Positions 12,161 to 24,900 of a stretch of 44,203 nt of DNA are shown here, piece by piece. Source of the DNA: Octopus bimaculoides (taxonomy: Eukaryota); NCBI RefSeq assembly GCF_001194135.2, contig NC_068987.1, positions 29,122,407-29,166,609 of the forward strand, read 5' to 3'. The position numbers were made by a program, and so were the translations under genes. A model generated the notes under the pieces. The model had not been told where the DNA came from and did not search any database. It was given only the letters and a program-made list of their open reading frames with translations. Each line of letters starts with the position of its first letter. Position 1 is the stretch's first letter.

Positions 12161-13805
12161 CAATCAGTAGCACACAAAATCTGTTCACTGCAGTGTTAAC
12201 AGTGTTTGTGTGTCTCTGAAATTTCACTGACGACGTTAGTGCATTAACGTTGTCACTGATCAGGCCGCAGTTTGGAGCGATGAAAATTTTGACAACGTAT
12301 TATATGCAATAATTGTAAGTGGAGTTAATAGTGTTTGTGTGTTTCTGATAGTAACATGTGTCTTCCATGCTGCAATCCCTTTCGTTTCAGCACACGGACT
12401 CGGTTCAAAAGACTTGCCATGCAAGTACACCATCATAATTAATTATATTAAATTTACTTTTAAAATAACAGCGAAATAATATAATGATTTAAACGACATC
12501 AGGTGTCATTCTCTCCCTGATGTGATCAATATTTGCCTCATATGTTTTCTTCTGTTGTAGCAATTTTGTGAGATATACAGACTTAGATTCCTCCAACTGA
12601 GATCTTTCATTCAAGAGCCACTGAATTATACAGATTACAGAAATAAAGAAACTACAACTCAAAATCTGAATCTCTGTGTTACTGTCTCGTTCTTAAGGCA
12701 TATTTTGTCGCAATTTTTGTTTAACTAATCAGTTTTCTATTTTGATATATTAAATTGTCTTTTTCACTTAAGCATTCTACATATAATTTGATCAAGAACT
12801 AACATAGGTTGTCATAGAAAAATAATTCAACCATAGTCATGTGTGATTGCTTTTGCTTTCCAGGTATTACTTGGATGCAAGTAAAATAAACAGACAAAAA
12901 AATGTCACATTCAGAATTGATAAAAAAAGAATTTAATGCGAGACAGTTTATTGTAGCAATTTCAGATATTACTAAATTCACAGTTATTTCCAATTATTTA
13001 ATGACAATTTATCAAGCAAATTAGTAATGGTATTATCAATTCAGTGAGGCATACTCAGTATATAGTATATCTGTGAGTTACAGTATCAAAGACTTTGTGT
13101 CCCTGAGACACTGGCGTATTTTCTTTAAGCTTAGATTATTCATTATGTAATTTAGTTAACATCATTACAGCTTATTCTTGATTGAATCTGACTCCAAGCA
13201 GATGTAGTGTTTGATTAATGATTTCTACATTTAATTCGATCTTTTAACAAGCAGTTCGTATTTAACATGATTTACTTTCAAATTAAATTGTTTTCCTTTG
13301 TAGAATAAAAGTTTTCTATGATTCCGACAGTAAAATGTGTCTACGGTAGTCACATAAATCGTGTGAAATGAACTGAACATTCAGAAAAAAAGTATAACTG
13401 AAATATATCCTAAGTTGGTCTCCAAACTTAGCAGAAATGCAAAAGTAATATTGACTAGCAGCATTATATCTTCACAGCATATGTGTGTCTTTTAAGTTTT
13501 TAATATTCCTCTTTTACATATGTTAATACATTTTTTCTAGTACTACATCTATTTAGTTTTCATACCCCATCCACATTCCTGACATTATATTTCCAGATCT
13601 TTGTATTGGAATAACGTTTATTAGAGATACATTTGTTATTTGTTGAGATTGATTTATCTGCCAGCGAACCTATTCTTGCATGGAAATATTTGACATGAAT
13701 GTCTCACTGATTTATGTTTTTTCTGATCACTACAACTGGCATGTCCCACAATTTCGTTCATACTTTCACTTTCGGAAACTTTTGTGTCTCTAGTTTGGTC
13801 ATCTT

Positions 13806-13876
<71 letters not shown>
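13806..13876. repeat. (GTA)n microsatellite, about 23 units
   Basis: Directly visible. Confidence 0.98.
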
Positions 13877-15497
13877 TTATGTCGGTACTGTTCTTCCTTA
13901 TGCTGTCATTGCCGAAGACTATTTCACTAAATTCACTTCTGCCACCTTCATGAGAACACCGAATGAGAATTATTCGAAGTCGCTCATTTAAAGATTTCAG
14001 AGATGTAAAAAGAAATCTTTTACTTTTCTTTTTAAATGTGCAAAAGAAACGGAAATGTGCCTTTGAAATTTGAGCAGTTCTAATATCTAATATTAAAGGT
14101 TCCCCCTCCCCGTCTCTCTCTCCCTCTTTCTCTCGCTCTCTTTATCTTTCACTCTCGCATTTTATTCACATTCTTTCTCGAAGGTCTTTAAATTAATAAA
14201 GCATTTATAATTAGTTCATTCACCACTGTAACAAATCTAGTTTAAAATAATATGAAATGCTCAGAAAACACTGACAGGAATGCTACGAAATGTTTTTTTA
14301 GATTGGAACAAAAGCACATACATCTTTTTAAAATGTACAATTGATTGAAACGGTTCTGGAAAAATTCTTCTCCGTAACTTTTGACTATTTTTGAAATTCA
14401 TTAAAAGGATGTTTGTATCGGCTCCTCTAAATGGGCGGATGAAATTTACGGGTCTTATGAAAAAAAAAAAAATTAGCTATGTTGATTTTGCAATATAGTT
14501 GACAAAGTGTCCAGACGCAAGCATGAACAAACAACTAAATTCGTCTAATGATATAAATATCTCGTTCCAACGTCTGAGATTCAAATTAGCTACCATTAAG
14601 TTGCATTGCAATACAGCTTATCTGAAATAAATTTGATGCAGTTCGGTACCCTCCCTTCCCGTTTTCAACGTTGCTTCCCAACTCACTGAACTTTGAGATA
14701 TTTTGGCATTACGGTTCCATTTTCCCTTCTATACTGAGGTTACTCTGAATCCTGCACGTAAATTTCGATACTTTACTAACGAAGCATTATATTCATTTCC
14801 TGCAGTCATCAAAATACTTGCCTAAGAAGCCGAGTGGCTGAGTATGAGATAATCGAGATGATTTAAGCTGTTCAATAAGCCGTTCTAGAATTGTAAATTG
14901 AATCGACATCATATGTCTAGTATATATCATATCGGCTTACTCAGAGGATCGAAATAAAGTACATCATAGTATTTCCCTTTATTCGCTGGTATACATGCCG
15001 CTATAACTAAAATAGAATACCCCAGAATCAATTTAAGATGGGTCGTACAAACCTTTGTGTTCTGAATGCTACGACTGGACTTAAGTATTTCATGTCTAAA
15101 TATTTTTTCATTTCTTTTCTAATTTTTCTTTGTATTTTATGTTTATGATGTGTTGTAAGATTTCTTTCTTCTTTTACCTAGGACAGGATTCCATTTTTAG
15201 GTGCATTTTAAGTCCGTATTTATGACCATTACTCACCCAGGATGCGCCTAACTAGCTATGTGTATTTGAGGCTTACAGATGCGTTAAGAGGATAGCACAA
15301 TAATTATTATTTTAATCCATATTTAAAGATATAATTTTAATTTCAATAAATGACGACATATGAAATTACCATTATGCTATATCTGCACATACTCCCTCAC
15401 ACAGAAACAGATACACATGCATGTAGTCGCACAGACACGCACACACACACACAGCACATTACACACAACACACAATACACAACACACACAACACACA

Positions 15498-16590
15498 AAC
15501 ATGGGTTGGAGGAAATAATGGGAGCATCTTGTTTTCCGGCAGTTTTATCATTTAAAATGAAGTTATAGTACATTTAACCACAATCACAGCTTTATGTTGA
15601 CGAATTAACTCGTACAAGTGATTCTGGACGGTTGTCAGGCAATTCTGAACCACTTTTTCATTAAACCTCCTTTAGATTTTTCAACAATGATGGAACAGGG
15701 AAGCAGCGCTTCGTTTGTTGTTGCTCCGAAATGCATCATAATTCTTCGAGTGTATTGAGATCCAGTGAGTAGTGAAGAGCAAACGAGGTAATCTACGTTA
15801 GCCGTGTGATTCGATGCATTATTATCGTGGAAGACTGCGTTATCACCAGAGAGCAATATTTGTACCACAGAACGAGCAGGATCTGTGAAAATATGCAGAT
15901 AATCCACGGCTTCAACTCTGCCACGTAGAATAACGAAAGGGCCAAGAGAAGCCCTTGTTGCAGCCACTCATATAATCACAGAGCTACGTACTTGCATAAG
16001 GTAAGAACCAAACTATCAAAATTGACGGGTTTTGGTGGGGTTGGGGCTTTCTTCTGACATGAACTCGGTCCGAAGTTGGAAGAAATATTAAATAATAATT
16101 CATCAGTGTAGATGACATTGGGCCATTTAATCGTTAACCACTTTTGATAAACCAGACACAATTTTTCGCGCTTGTAAATGTTCGTGTGTGAAAGGAGGAG
16201 TTAAAGAATTGCAAACTTTCTCTGGAATCTAGCTTTATAGAACGCATGAACAATGTGATTTGCAAGGAGGTATTTTAGCTCTCCTGTTCCAGTTGCTGCT
16301 AGTTTCATGGTTTTCTGAGATATATTTCACTATTTTGCGTCCCTCCTTGTGACGTTTGCCTTCTGTCCAGAATTATACTTGCTAGAGCTGGTTGTCCTTT
16401 GGATTTGGAGGCAAACGCGAATTTAGAAAACGTACATCACAAAATAATCCACAAATCAGTCGTTTAATGACAGAAAATGTAGCCATCTTGCACAAACAAT
16501 TTCTCCACTTCGGACACATTTAACTTATTTAATCAAATATTTGTTGAAAATAATAACAGGGTGTTTATCCCATAAAGTACAAGTCATGTA
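15498..16590 (-). mobile_element. Near full-length decayed Tc1 (DD34E) DNA transposon
   Basis: Frameshifted minus-strand blocks in Tc1 order: GEIVCARW, TTSSSKYNSGQK, KWPNVIYTDE (first D), SLGPFVILRGRVEAVDYL, AVFHDNNASNHTA (second D region), SLDLNTLEEL (E), TTVQNHLYE. TIR remnants at 15499-15528 (ACATGGGTTGGAGGAAATAATGGGAGCATC) and about 16559-16590 (ends CATGTA). Confidence 0.85.
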
Positions 16591-17100
16591 TAATTTATAT
16601 AATGACAGATTGGCCTAGAATTGTCTCCACTATTTTATTGAACGCAGGTATACATATATACGTGCGCGCCAGTGTGATAAGTAGAGAATGGATATAAACA
16701 TATCAATGATACAGTTTATGCAAAAATATTCTTTTTGGAATTGTTTCTCGAAACTCACGAATCCTGCAAATAATAGCATGTAAATGTTGGGTTGAAAAAC
16801 CCAGTTAGGACCGAATAAGTCGAAGGCTGCTCACAGGATACGACCCCATATCTGGTGTATCTGATGCACTAAAGTAATTTTTCCAGTTTCCCTAAACAGT
16901 TTAAAATCTTTATTCTGATTGGTGAAGCAGCTATCTACTTTTCTGTCCGCAAGGGTTTTTACGACCTATATTTACATGTTATTATTTATAGCATTTATGT
17001 GCTTCGAGATCCCATTCCCCAAACGAGGTATTAATAATATATATGTGTCTGTGTGAGTTTGTGTGTGTTTGTGAGTGTGTGGTTGTGTGTGTTTATACAT

Positions 17101-17137
<37 letters not shown>

Positions 17138-17479
17138 NNNNNNNNNNNNNNNNNNNNNNNNNNNNNNNNNNNNNNNNNNNNNNNNNNNNNNNNNNNNNNN
17201 NNNNNNNNNNNNNNNNNNNNNNNNNNNNNNNNNNNNNNNNNNNNNNNNNNNNNNNNNNNNNNNNNNNNNNNNNNNNNNNNNNNNNNNNNTATATACCAGT
17301 GCTTAAGTGATGCATTTATACCCAATATATGACATGCTTTAAATTAGGTTCTTAATGACAAGATCAGAGAAAAGAAAGAAAGCGTACCGAAAATATTTTC
17401 AGGCTTTACAATGCATTTCAAGTTTCATTTAAACTCTTGCAACTCAACACTTACATACAGAACATAAGCAGGGTGAAGA

Positions 17480-18640
17480 TTTCAGAAGTTTGATATTCGG
17501 GAAAAACAGGACACAGTATAACGTTTTGTGCAAGGTTGGCTAATGGACGTAAAATTGTTGATAATACGTTGGAAAACGAGTAGACCAGTAATACTAGTTT
17601 GATGCAGAATCGAGAATATTCAACTCCATCAACCAGAAGCCATTACAGCAATGATGGAAAAATGGAAAAAGGAGACTGCACGCGTGCAGGTGAGAGTTAC
17701 AGTGATTAAATACCATCCTCCTGATACATCAAGGATATTTATGTACTGGACTTCATGTGAACAATGCACTTAATGTTTTGTGTTGCCGGTTAATTATGGA
17801 GGTACTTTCAAATGCCAGAGTCGTCTCTCATACTCCCATATCAGTAACTCCCTTAACAGCAACAATTTAGCATTTATAGACCAGCAATTATACAACTAAC
17901 TTATCGACTGTTTACAAAATATGATCCAATTCCCTTTGAATATTTTAAAAAATGACATGATGGATCTCGCATAATCATACCCCATCAGCCATCAGCATGT
18001 GTCTACAACCAAAGGAGAACTTCTCGCATAAACGTATTGATCCATCAATTAGAAGTGTCACATATAAAAGCTTATTCATCACAGAAAAATACGTATTGCA
18101 TAATAAATTGTCCCTCGCTTGTTTTAGGTGATCAGGTATCCAGGAGCAAATATATCCAACTGCGATTGCCATACTTGACTGAAAGGAACATCGTGCTGTG
18201 ACAGTTAAAGAGAGAGAGGTAGGGTAGAAAATGACCTTAACAGAGGAAGGTGGGGTGAGAAAGAATGCAGCACAAGCATTAGACTAGTAGCAATTTTCAA
18301 CAGCATTGACTACTGGAGCAACTTACAATGATACGTCATTGGCTAGAACACAGGGCATCTTTCGCTTCAGGAATCTAACTCGTGGTATTACGACCAATAG
18401 TCCAGCATCCCTAAACACTAGCGTCATCATTCATATACATAGTGCAAAACATCCCGAAAAAATCGGCAAAACATTGAACGCTTGGACATAATCTGACCTT
18501 GTAATAACCCAAACAAAGTAAAGAATTAAGCAATCTAACACTTTGGGATTGGTACAAGATTGCCAGAAAATTATTTCCTACTTTACACTAAACTTCTAAT
18601 CCAGCCAAAGCTTTGTCTGTCATTAGATTGTACGGAGATT
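17480..18640 (+). mobile_element. Decayed hAT transposase (Charlie/SPIN-like) remnant
   Basis: Frameshifted blocks in hAT order: AITAMMEK (cf. DGAPAMMGK), VIKYH+IHQGYLC (cf. KYHCIIHQEALC), GLHVNNALNVL, MDLA, SHIKAY, NCPSL, SSFIYIVQNIP, WYK..RKLFPTLH. Boundaries approximate. Confidence 0.55.
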
Positions 18641-19559
18641 CAAACGCCATTGATATTTACTTACATGTGTGTGCGTCTGTATATATGTGGTTATATGTGT
18701 GAATATATGGACATGAAAGTGCGTGCGCGAATGTGTAAGTTTGTGTGATCAGTTATGAAATTTTCTATCATTTCTCTTCCTTAAAATATACGCTGCACAA
18801 TTCTTCTATAGATTATAGATCTTTGTCTCTAAGTTTCAACCGAGAATCATGTTTTTGGTATTTCAACATTTTTCTGTTGAAAATACAGAAGTCACGATTA
18901 TCAGTCGGGGTCCAAATTATATGTGCTGCCATTAATCATAGATACACCAACATCTTTCATGATTTATTTGACCTGAGGGTATAGAGAATTATATTGGGAT
19001 GACTATCCAAACGAAACATCTCTATAGCTTAAAGATTTGATTTTTTTTTTTTTTTGCTATCAAAATTACATTATATCTCAATTCTCTCATGTTCGATACA
19101 ATGTATTAACTACTTACAATACTATACTTAAAGGTTTATACACTTGCACTAAAACCACTCAGATGACAGAGGTTTTGTTTAGACTAGAAGCAAAATATTA
19201 TAATTCTAGGGAAAGGAAAATGGAATGATGTGTTAGTAATACGCTCCCCCATATGATTTAGTAGACAGAAATAAAACGAAATTGCTTTCTATCAAAAATG
19301 GAAACGTCATAGGGGACACAAATGGACGAGATTGTTCTGTGCCTAACGCGGTTACTGCAGTATCACTATGAATCAACAAATCATTTTAATATTTATTGTT
19401 ATTGCAATATATCTATATGATAATAATCATATTATTAATCTCTTATTCCGACATATTAAAGTTGCTTTTAGTACATGAGGATATAATTACAATCAAGAAA
19501 AAGACTTCAAGGCAATGATTATATTGTATTTCATATTTAAATCGCTGAAATATATTGAG

Positions 19560-19950
19560 CCTAAAATAGTTCAAGAAGCTTATCAAGCTTGCCATATACA
19601 TTCAGCTAATAGTCATCTTGAATTTGATAGGAGGCCAGTAGATTGCAGAAGTTATACTTCTTGAGAAAATTACAAGGTACCAAATTTTAGCAAATATTTT
19701 GAGCAATAACATAAAAGCATACTAAAATAAGGGAGACCGATCGCATCAATATATTACATAGCTATTTGTGGGAAGACGAAGTGGCAATGCTTCTATCAGT
19801 ACGCCATTGAGGTTTGTAACTGAATAAAGATGATCTAATCAACCAGATGACAGTTTGAATGATCTAAGATAGTATATGCAGTAGTAACACAGTCCCGAGA
19901 TTTTGAGCAGTCTTCTAAATGGATTGCACAGACATTTTTACGGGGTACTC
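19560..19950 (+). mobile_element. Decayed RTE reverse-transcriptase N-terminal fragment, opposite orientation to the adjacent endonuclease
   Basis: 19711-19743 reads IKAY*NKGDRS (cf. IxxIYKNKGDRSDC), preceded by ENYKVPNF and followed by ICGK in shifted frames. Confidence 0.45.
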
Positions 19951-19954
19951 TACT

Positions 19955-21270
19955 ATAGTCTATAACCTACTCTGTTTCTCTGTATCCTATAACTGGAAGG
20001 TGTTCGAATTGTTTCTATCGTAGTCATGTCTGCAGATGAGGGTCTATTCAAAAGTGCAGAAAGATGTTCTACACAGCGCTTATGAATAGAAACGGTGTCA
20101 GTCAGAAGCAAACGTCCAATAACTGTTCTCACTGGAGCTATTGAAGAAGATTTGGGGCCATATACCTCTTTAACATAAGAGGACGAACGCATAGCATCAT
20201 TTCTATCAGCTGCTTCTTGTGCCTCTTTTGATCTATCACTCCACCATTCCTGCTCAGTTTCCTTAGAGCAGTCTGCACTTTCCTTTTCAGTTTTCTTTAA
20301 GCTTCGTGTGAGTTGGAGCTTCAAGGACTGAGGAAGAAGTGTGTTGCCTAAGTTTTCTTTTTCTAAAAGTAGATCATGAATTTCTACTGATCTGTCTGAG
20401 AGCCAGTCACTGGACTTATGTGATTTACATCCCACTGACGAACTTACAGCCTGAAATACTTTTGTTTTTAAATCTTCCTATAGATTGATTTGGTCAAGAT
20501 TGATACTTTCTATACCATCGTGGAATCTTTGCAAGCTGCTTGATTATTTGAAGTTTGAAACATTTAACTTTTTGGGTACTTTAGGAGTAGACTGTCGATT
20601 TTTAGGCATTATCGAAAAATCTATTTTTCCACGCACTAGCTGATGGTCAGTCCAGCTCTCTGCCCCTCTCATGTACCGAATGCTAGAAACGACTTTTATA
20701 TCACGTTTTCTGATCAGAATGTAATCTATGAGACGCCAGTGCTTAGAATTTGGGTGCATGCAGGTGGTTTTATATCTATTTTCCTGCTTAAACAGAGTGT
20801 TGATGGCAACCAGATTATTCTCAGTACAAAACGTCAAAAGAGCTACTCCAATTTTATTACATTTTCCAATCCAATGTCGACTTAAAACAGGCCATGAAAC
20901 ATAGTCCTTTCCAACTCTTGCATTGAAATCTCCCAGCATGACCACTTTGTCAGAAATCGGTACTTTCTTCAATAATTGTGCTAGATCATCATAAAACTGT
21001 CCTACAGTTTCATCTGATAACGATAAGAAATTACCTTGCGTTAGTTTAATACGGCATGACATGATCCGTTCAGTTATACCACTTGGAAGCTCTGCAATGG
21101 AGGATACTAATGCATTCTTGAGAGGAAACCCAACACCAGATTCGTTACGCTAACCCTTAGGTGAGCCTCTCCAAAAGATAGTATATCCATAAGTATATTC
21201 ATTTACTTGAACCTCACCAGAGAGACGAGTTTCAGAGAGTGCAACTGTATCAACGAGTATAGATGTTTTC
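19955..21270 (-). mobile_element. RTE-clade LINE remnant: APE endonuclease and linker
   Basis: VALSETRL, GYTIFWRG, ESGVGF, MLGDFNARVG, NTLF, HPNSKHWRLIDYILIR, WTDHQLV, then KEVYGP and HLSALLNRPS; stops, frameshifts and loss of the SAYAPT motif. Confidence 0.93.
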
Positions 21271-21284
21271 CAAACAATTGGTTT

Positions 21285-21397
21285 AAATATTATCTTTAAA
21301 TAAAATATATATAACTTGGCGTATGGGCATATAATATATATAATTTGGTGTATAAATATTATCTTTAAATAAAATATATATAATTTGGTGCATGGGC
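21285..21397. repeat. 44-bp direct repeat, period 69, at the RTE 5' boundary
   Basis: AAATATTATCTTTAAATAAAATATATATAAYTTGGYGYATGGGC at 21285-21328 and 21354-21397, with a partial third unit between. Confidence 0.9.
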
Positions 21398-21929
21398 AAA
21401 GTTTTGATCTTTAAGAAAAAAGCTCAAGTCCTTTTTTATTGGAAATAGTTTTAAGGTAAGTTAAACTTTACGTTTTCGAGACTTGTAATAAATAATGTTG
21501 TTTAAATTCTGTATGTGGTGGTCGAAATTTTAGTCGGTAGATTGTAAACCAAGTGAATGTTTCTTAAGCTCACATGCAATAAGTGCAGTACACCTTTCTG
21601 GGCTCTTGTTGAAATTACCATCAAAAAGTGTGCGCACATTCCAGCAGCCAATATATATATATATATATATATGTATNNNNNNNNNNNNNNNNNNNNNNNN
21701 NNNNNNNNNNNNNNNNNNNNNNNNNNNNNNNNNNNNNNNNNNNNNNNNNNNNNNNNNNNNNNNNNNNNNNNNNNNNNNNNNNNNNNNNNNNNNNNNNNNN
21801 NNNNNNNNNNNNNNNNNNNNNNNNNNNNNNNNNNNNNNNNNNNNTATATATATATATATATATCAAGAGAATGAAAATGCACACACTTTACATAGTTTTA
21901 ATATACTTTTAAATATATTTTATATTGTT

Positions 21930-21962
21930 TGTCGACCGGTTTCGCTTTCGCTAATCATGACA
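21930..21962 (-). ncRNA. Minimal type I hammerhead-like fold with two core substitutions
   Basis: Minus strand: TGTC-[ATGATTA]-GC-GAAA-GC-[GAAA]-C-CG-G-TC-GACA; stems I, II and III are in register but the core is AUGAUUA rather than CUGAUGA. Confidence 0.4.
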
Positions 21963-22453
21963 TAGGAATTATTGAAATTTCGTATTTTCCTAAGAAGATA
22001 TGAAATTTATGAATGGATGATTCAACAAGTAGAAAAATCTAAGGGGAGGTAATTGGTGATCATTATCGTAAGGGAAGAGGAGGTAATTGCTCATCTTGCC
22101 GTGGTTGGGGCATAAATAAATATACACGAAAACTGAGAAGTTAAAGTAGTGAGATGATTAAATATGTACAGTGATAGATCATGAATTGAAACATATACTG
22201 AGATCAAAGTTGATTTTGCGTTCATATGTAGAAGTGTTCTGTATTTTTCGATTGACAAATTTTCTTTATTTAAACGTTCTTGTATAGAAATTGTTCCTTT
22301 GCACTAGTAGATCCGGAAAACTGTGAAGTTTGGTTAGATACGAAATTACAAAAAATTCAATGTCATGATTTGCAAAAGTGAAACCGGTAGACAAACACTA
22401 TAAATATATATTTTTAAAAATATCAAAACTATGTAAAGTGGGTGCTATTTTAC

Positions 22454-22532
<79 letters not shown>

Positions 22533-24521
22533 CATATATATTAGTGCTATTAATACAGAATGGCAGTCATTATGACTTGAACCTTTTTAACTATCCATCA
22601 GAATGCTCATGTATCAGCTATAGGTACTGATAAATTATGTTCTAGTATTTACTTTGTTATAGATGAATCAATATAATGCCTGTTGGAAACGTTTCATTGC
22701 ATTTTCGTTAATCGATTCGGAAGCTTTCAATACATAAATTCCTCTTCAAGACAATATCATAACTTGCATGAAATCAAAATATTATCTTGTTGCATTAAAC
22801 ATTTCTGCCTGCAAAACTACCTCCTTTAAATCAATTAACATATCTATATTTTCTCTATCCACTATATTTTAAAGTGCGTCCAGTACACATTTCTACGTTT
22901 CAAATGCTTCCACTTTCTCATATGCACTCAAAATATTGCCTTGCTTATGAAGAAGCACTAGGTTATCACCATTAGAGACATGCAACAATGCAATATCTAC
23001 GGTGTGTTTTCTTTCGTAATGACCTTTGTATTGCATGTGTAGTTAATATGTATGAGTTGAACGATAATATATAACGGATTACAGTCTCCAGTCAAGCAGA
23101 AACGTTATTTCATCATTGATTTCCATGAGTTAGAATACGTGTTAAATTACATCTCTACGACTGAGCCCCAAATGCCTTCACTGTACAGGGTGATCAAACA
23201 CATAATTTTACCGAGGGTAGTATAAGTGTAAATAAAGGGACGTAAAAGTAGTTGGTTTTCGAACTAGTATTTATACTTATTAACAGAGTATACCCATCAA
23301 TATAACATACCTTTAGAATATGCATCTATCAGGTATATCATTTTGTGTTCTACACTACAATCCGTTATTTAAACAGATAAAAATAATATTTTAGAATTTA
23401 TATAAGAAAACGATCGATAAGCAAATCGCACATCTCATTCCAATCTGTTATCTCTAATTCATCTCTGCTCATGTGCTTCCCGCTATATTCTGTTAGAATT
23501 TCCAACTTCATTGATAGAAAATAGTTTTGACTAATGTTGAGTATACATTCTCTATTACTAGCCTTTCATATCTAGACATCATATTTAGCATAAATCGTTT
23601 TTCATTCCTCAACCTGCTGCCTTTTCAACTCTTTAACAACCAGCAGCTGTTTGGCAATATATCTTTGTCTATTCAAGGTATCTAACTCTAATCCTATAGT
23701 CAGTGATTTTAATCTATTAGCATTCGAACTTCTCTCGTATAGTGAACCCTTAAATATTTGCAAAAGTAAACCTCACATAACTATATTCTTAGCCGAACTA
23801 TCCAGTTTACAAATTCCCTGACATCTAAGGCTAAACTTCATTCTGTTTTTTATTGCTTTTTCTTTAGTTGATCATTTGATCATGTACTGATCAAATCACT
23901 TCACGCTATATTCAGTGTCAAAATGTCTCATATATGGACAATACTTTCCAGACTTCCTATATACTGTAAGTGCAATGAAATAGCATTTTCACCCTGCTAA
24001 GGAAAGCGCGGAGATTGAAGTTCCAATATTCCACCAGTCAATCACTTCTCACAGAACCTAATGAATCCAACCGCAACGCAAAGGGTGATACCCGAATCAA
24101 ATTTTAAAAATAATGTGACCTACACTCTTATCTAGGACGTGATGACCTCATTGCTGTGCTGTAAAGATAACGTAAATATACCATCACACCTATTTATATG
24201 CTGAAAGGCGGCGAAATAAAGTTGACGGAAATGATAATAGACCAGAGTCTTGAATGTGCCTGTTGTATTACAAATAAATAAAAGAGAAACGTATCACTTA
24301 TATCCAATAGTTCAAGAGTTCTAGAGAGAATAATATATAAACAAATAATGGACTCTTTCAACTGAATGAAATATTGAATTAAAGTATGCGATTGGATATT
24401 TGCTAAAGTTTCCTCATTTCATAAGGTAGTTTCTGTTAAAAGCATCCAAAATGCAAAAAACATTTTACAATTGACATAATGTTTTTCATGAATGTCGGTA
24501 AAATTCGATGAGCAAAGCTTC

Positions 24522-24900
24522 TATTAGGTTGGAAAGAATGTCCCTAGCATCTCGACATGAACCTTTTGAAGGTACTTTTTCAGTACTTTAGGAAATATAG
24601 ACATTGATTTTCACATTCTAATAGACTTCTTTCGCTGCAGATTAATCTGTACAACAATGGCAAAATTGGTATTGATCTTACCTTTCAAAAATGAGTTTAC
24701 CTTACACCCACATCAGACATTGCATGCTTTATGAATACAACAGGAGCAATCAAGCTGCAAGAAACATTCGTTTGTCAATGGAAATATAACTTAAAATGCC
24801 CGGACACGCAATGGATATTTTTGCCGCTTGGCTATTTTGCGGAACTTGCCGAACTGCTAGATTTCGGGGATATAAACAAGCCAACACCGATTTTCAGGCG
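24522..24900 (+). mobile_element. Mariner 5' remnant (TIR plus transposase N-terminus)
   Basis: TA-TTAGGTTGG TIR-like start at 24522; ATG at 24691 gives MSLPYTHIRHCMLYEYNRSNQAARNI, then NART in a shifted frame (mariner HIRHCMLYEF..A.EAARNI..LNxRT). Confidence 0.7.

Noticed and set aside
12845-12945. Strong acceptor TTTTGCTTTCCAG/G; one frame gives GITWMQ, like sulfotransferase GTTWMQ
   Set aside because: All frames stop within 25 codons and the match is six residues; insufficient.
17598-17679. Exon-like segment ending in a strong CAG/GTGAGA donor
   Set aside because: The frame continues through the donor into hAT transposase motifs (VIKYH..IHQ), so it is more likely transposon fossil.
23500-23900. 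Minus-strand RLKSLTIGLELDTLNRQR, reminiscent of CR1/L2 C-terminus
   Set aside because: Single weak motif with no supporting upstream blocks.
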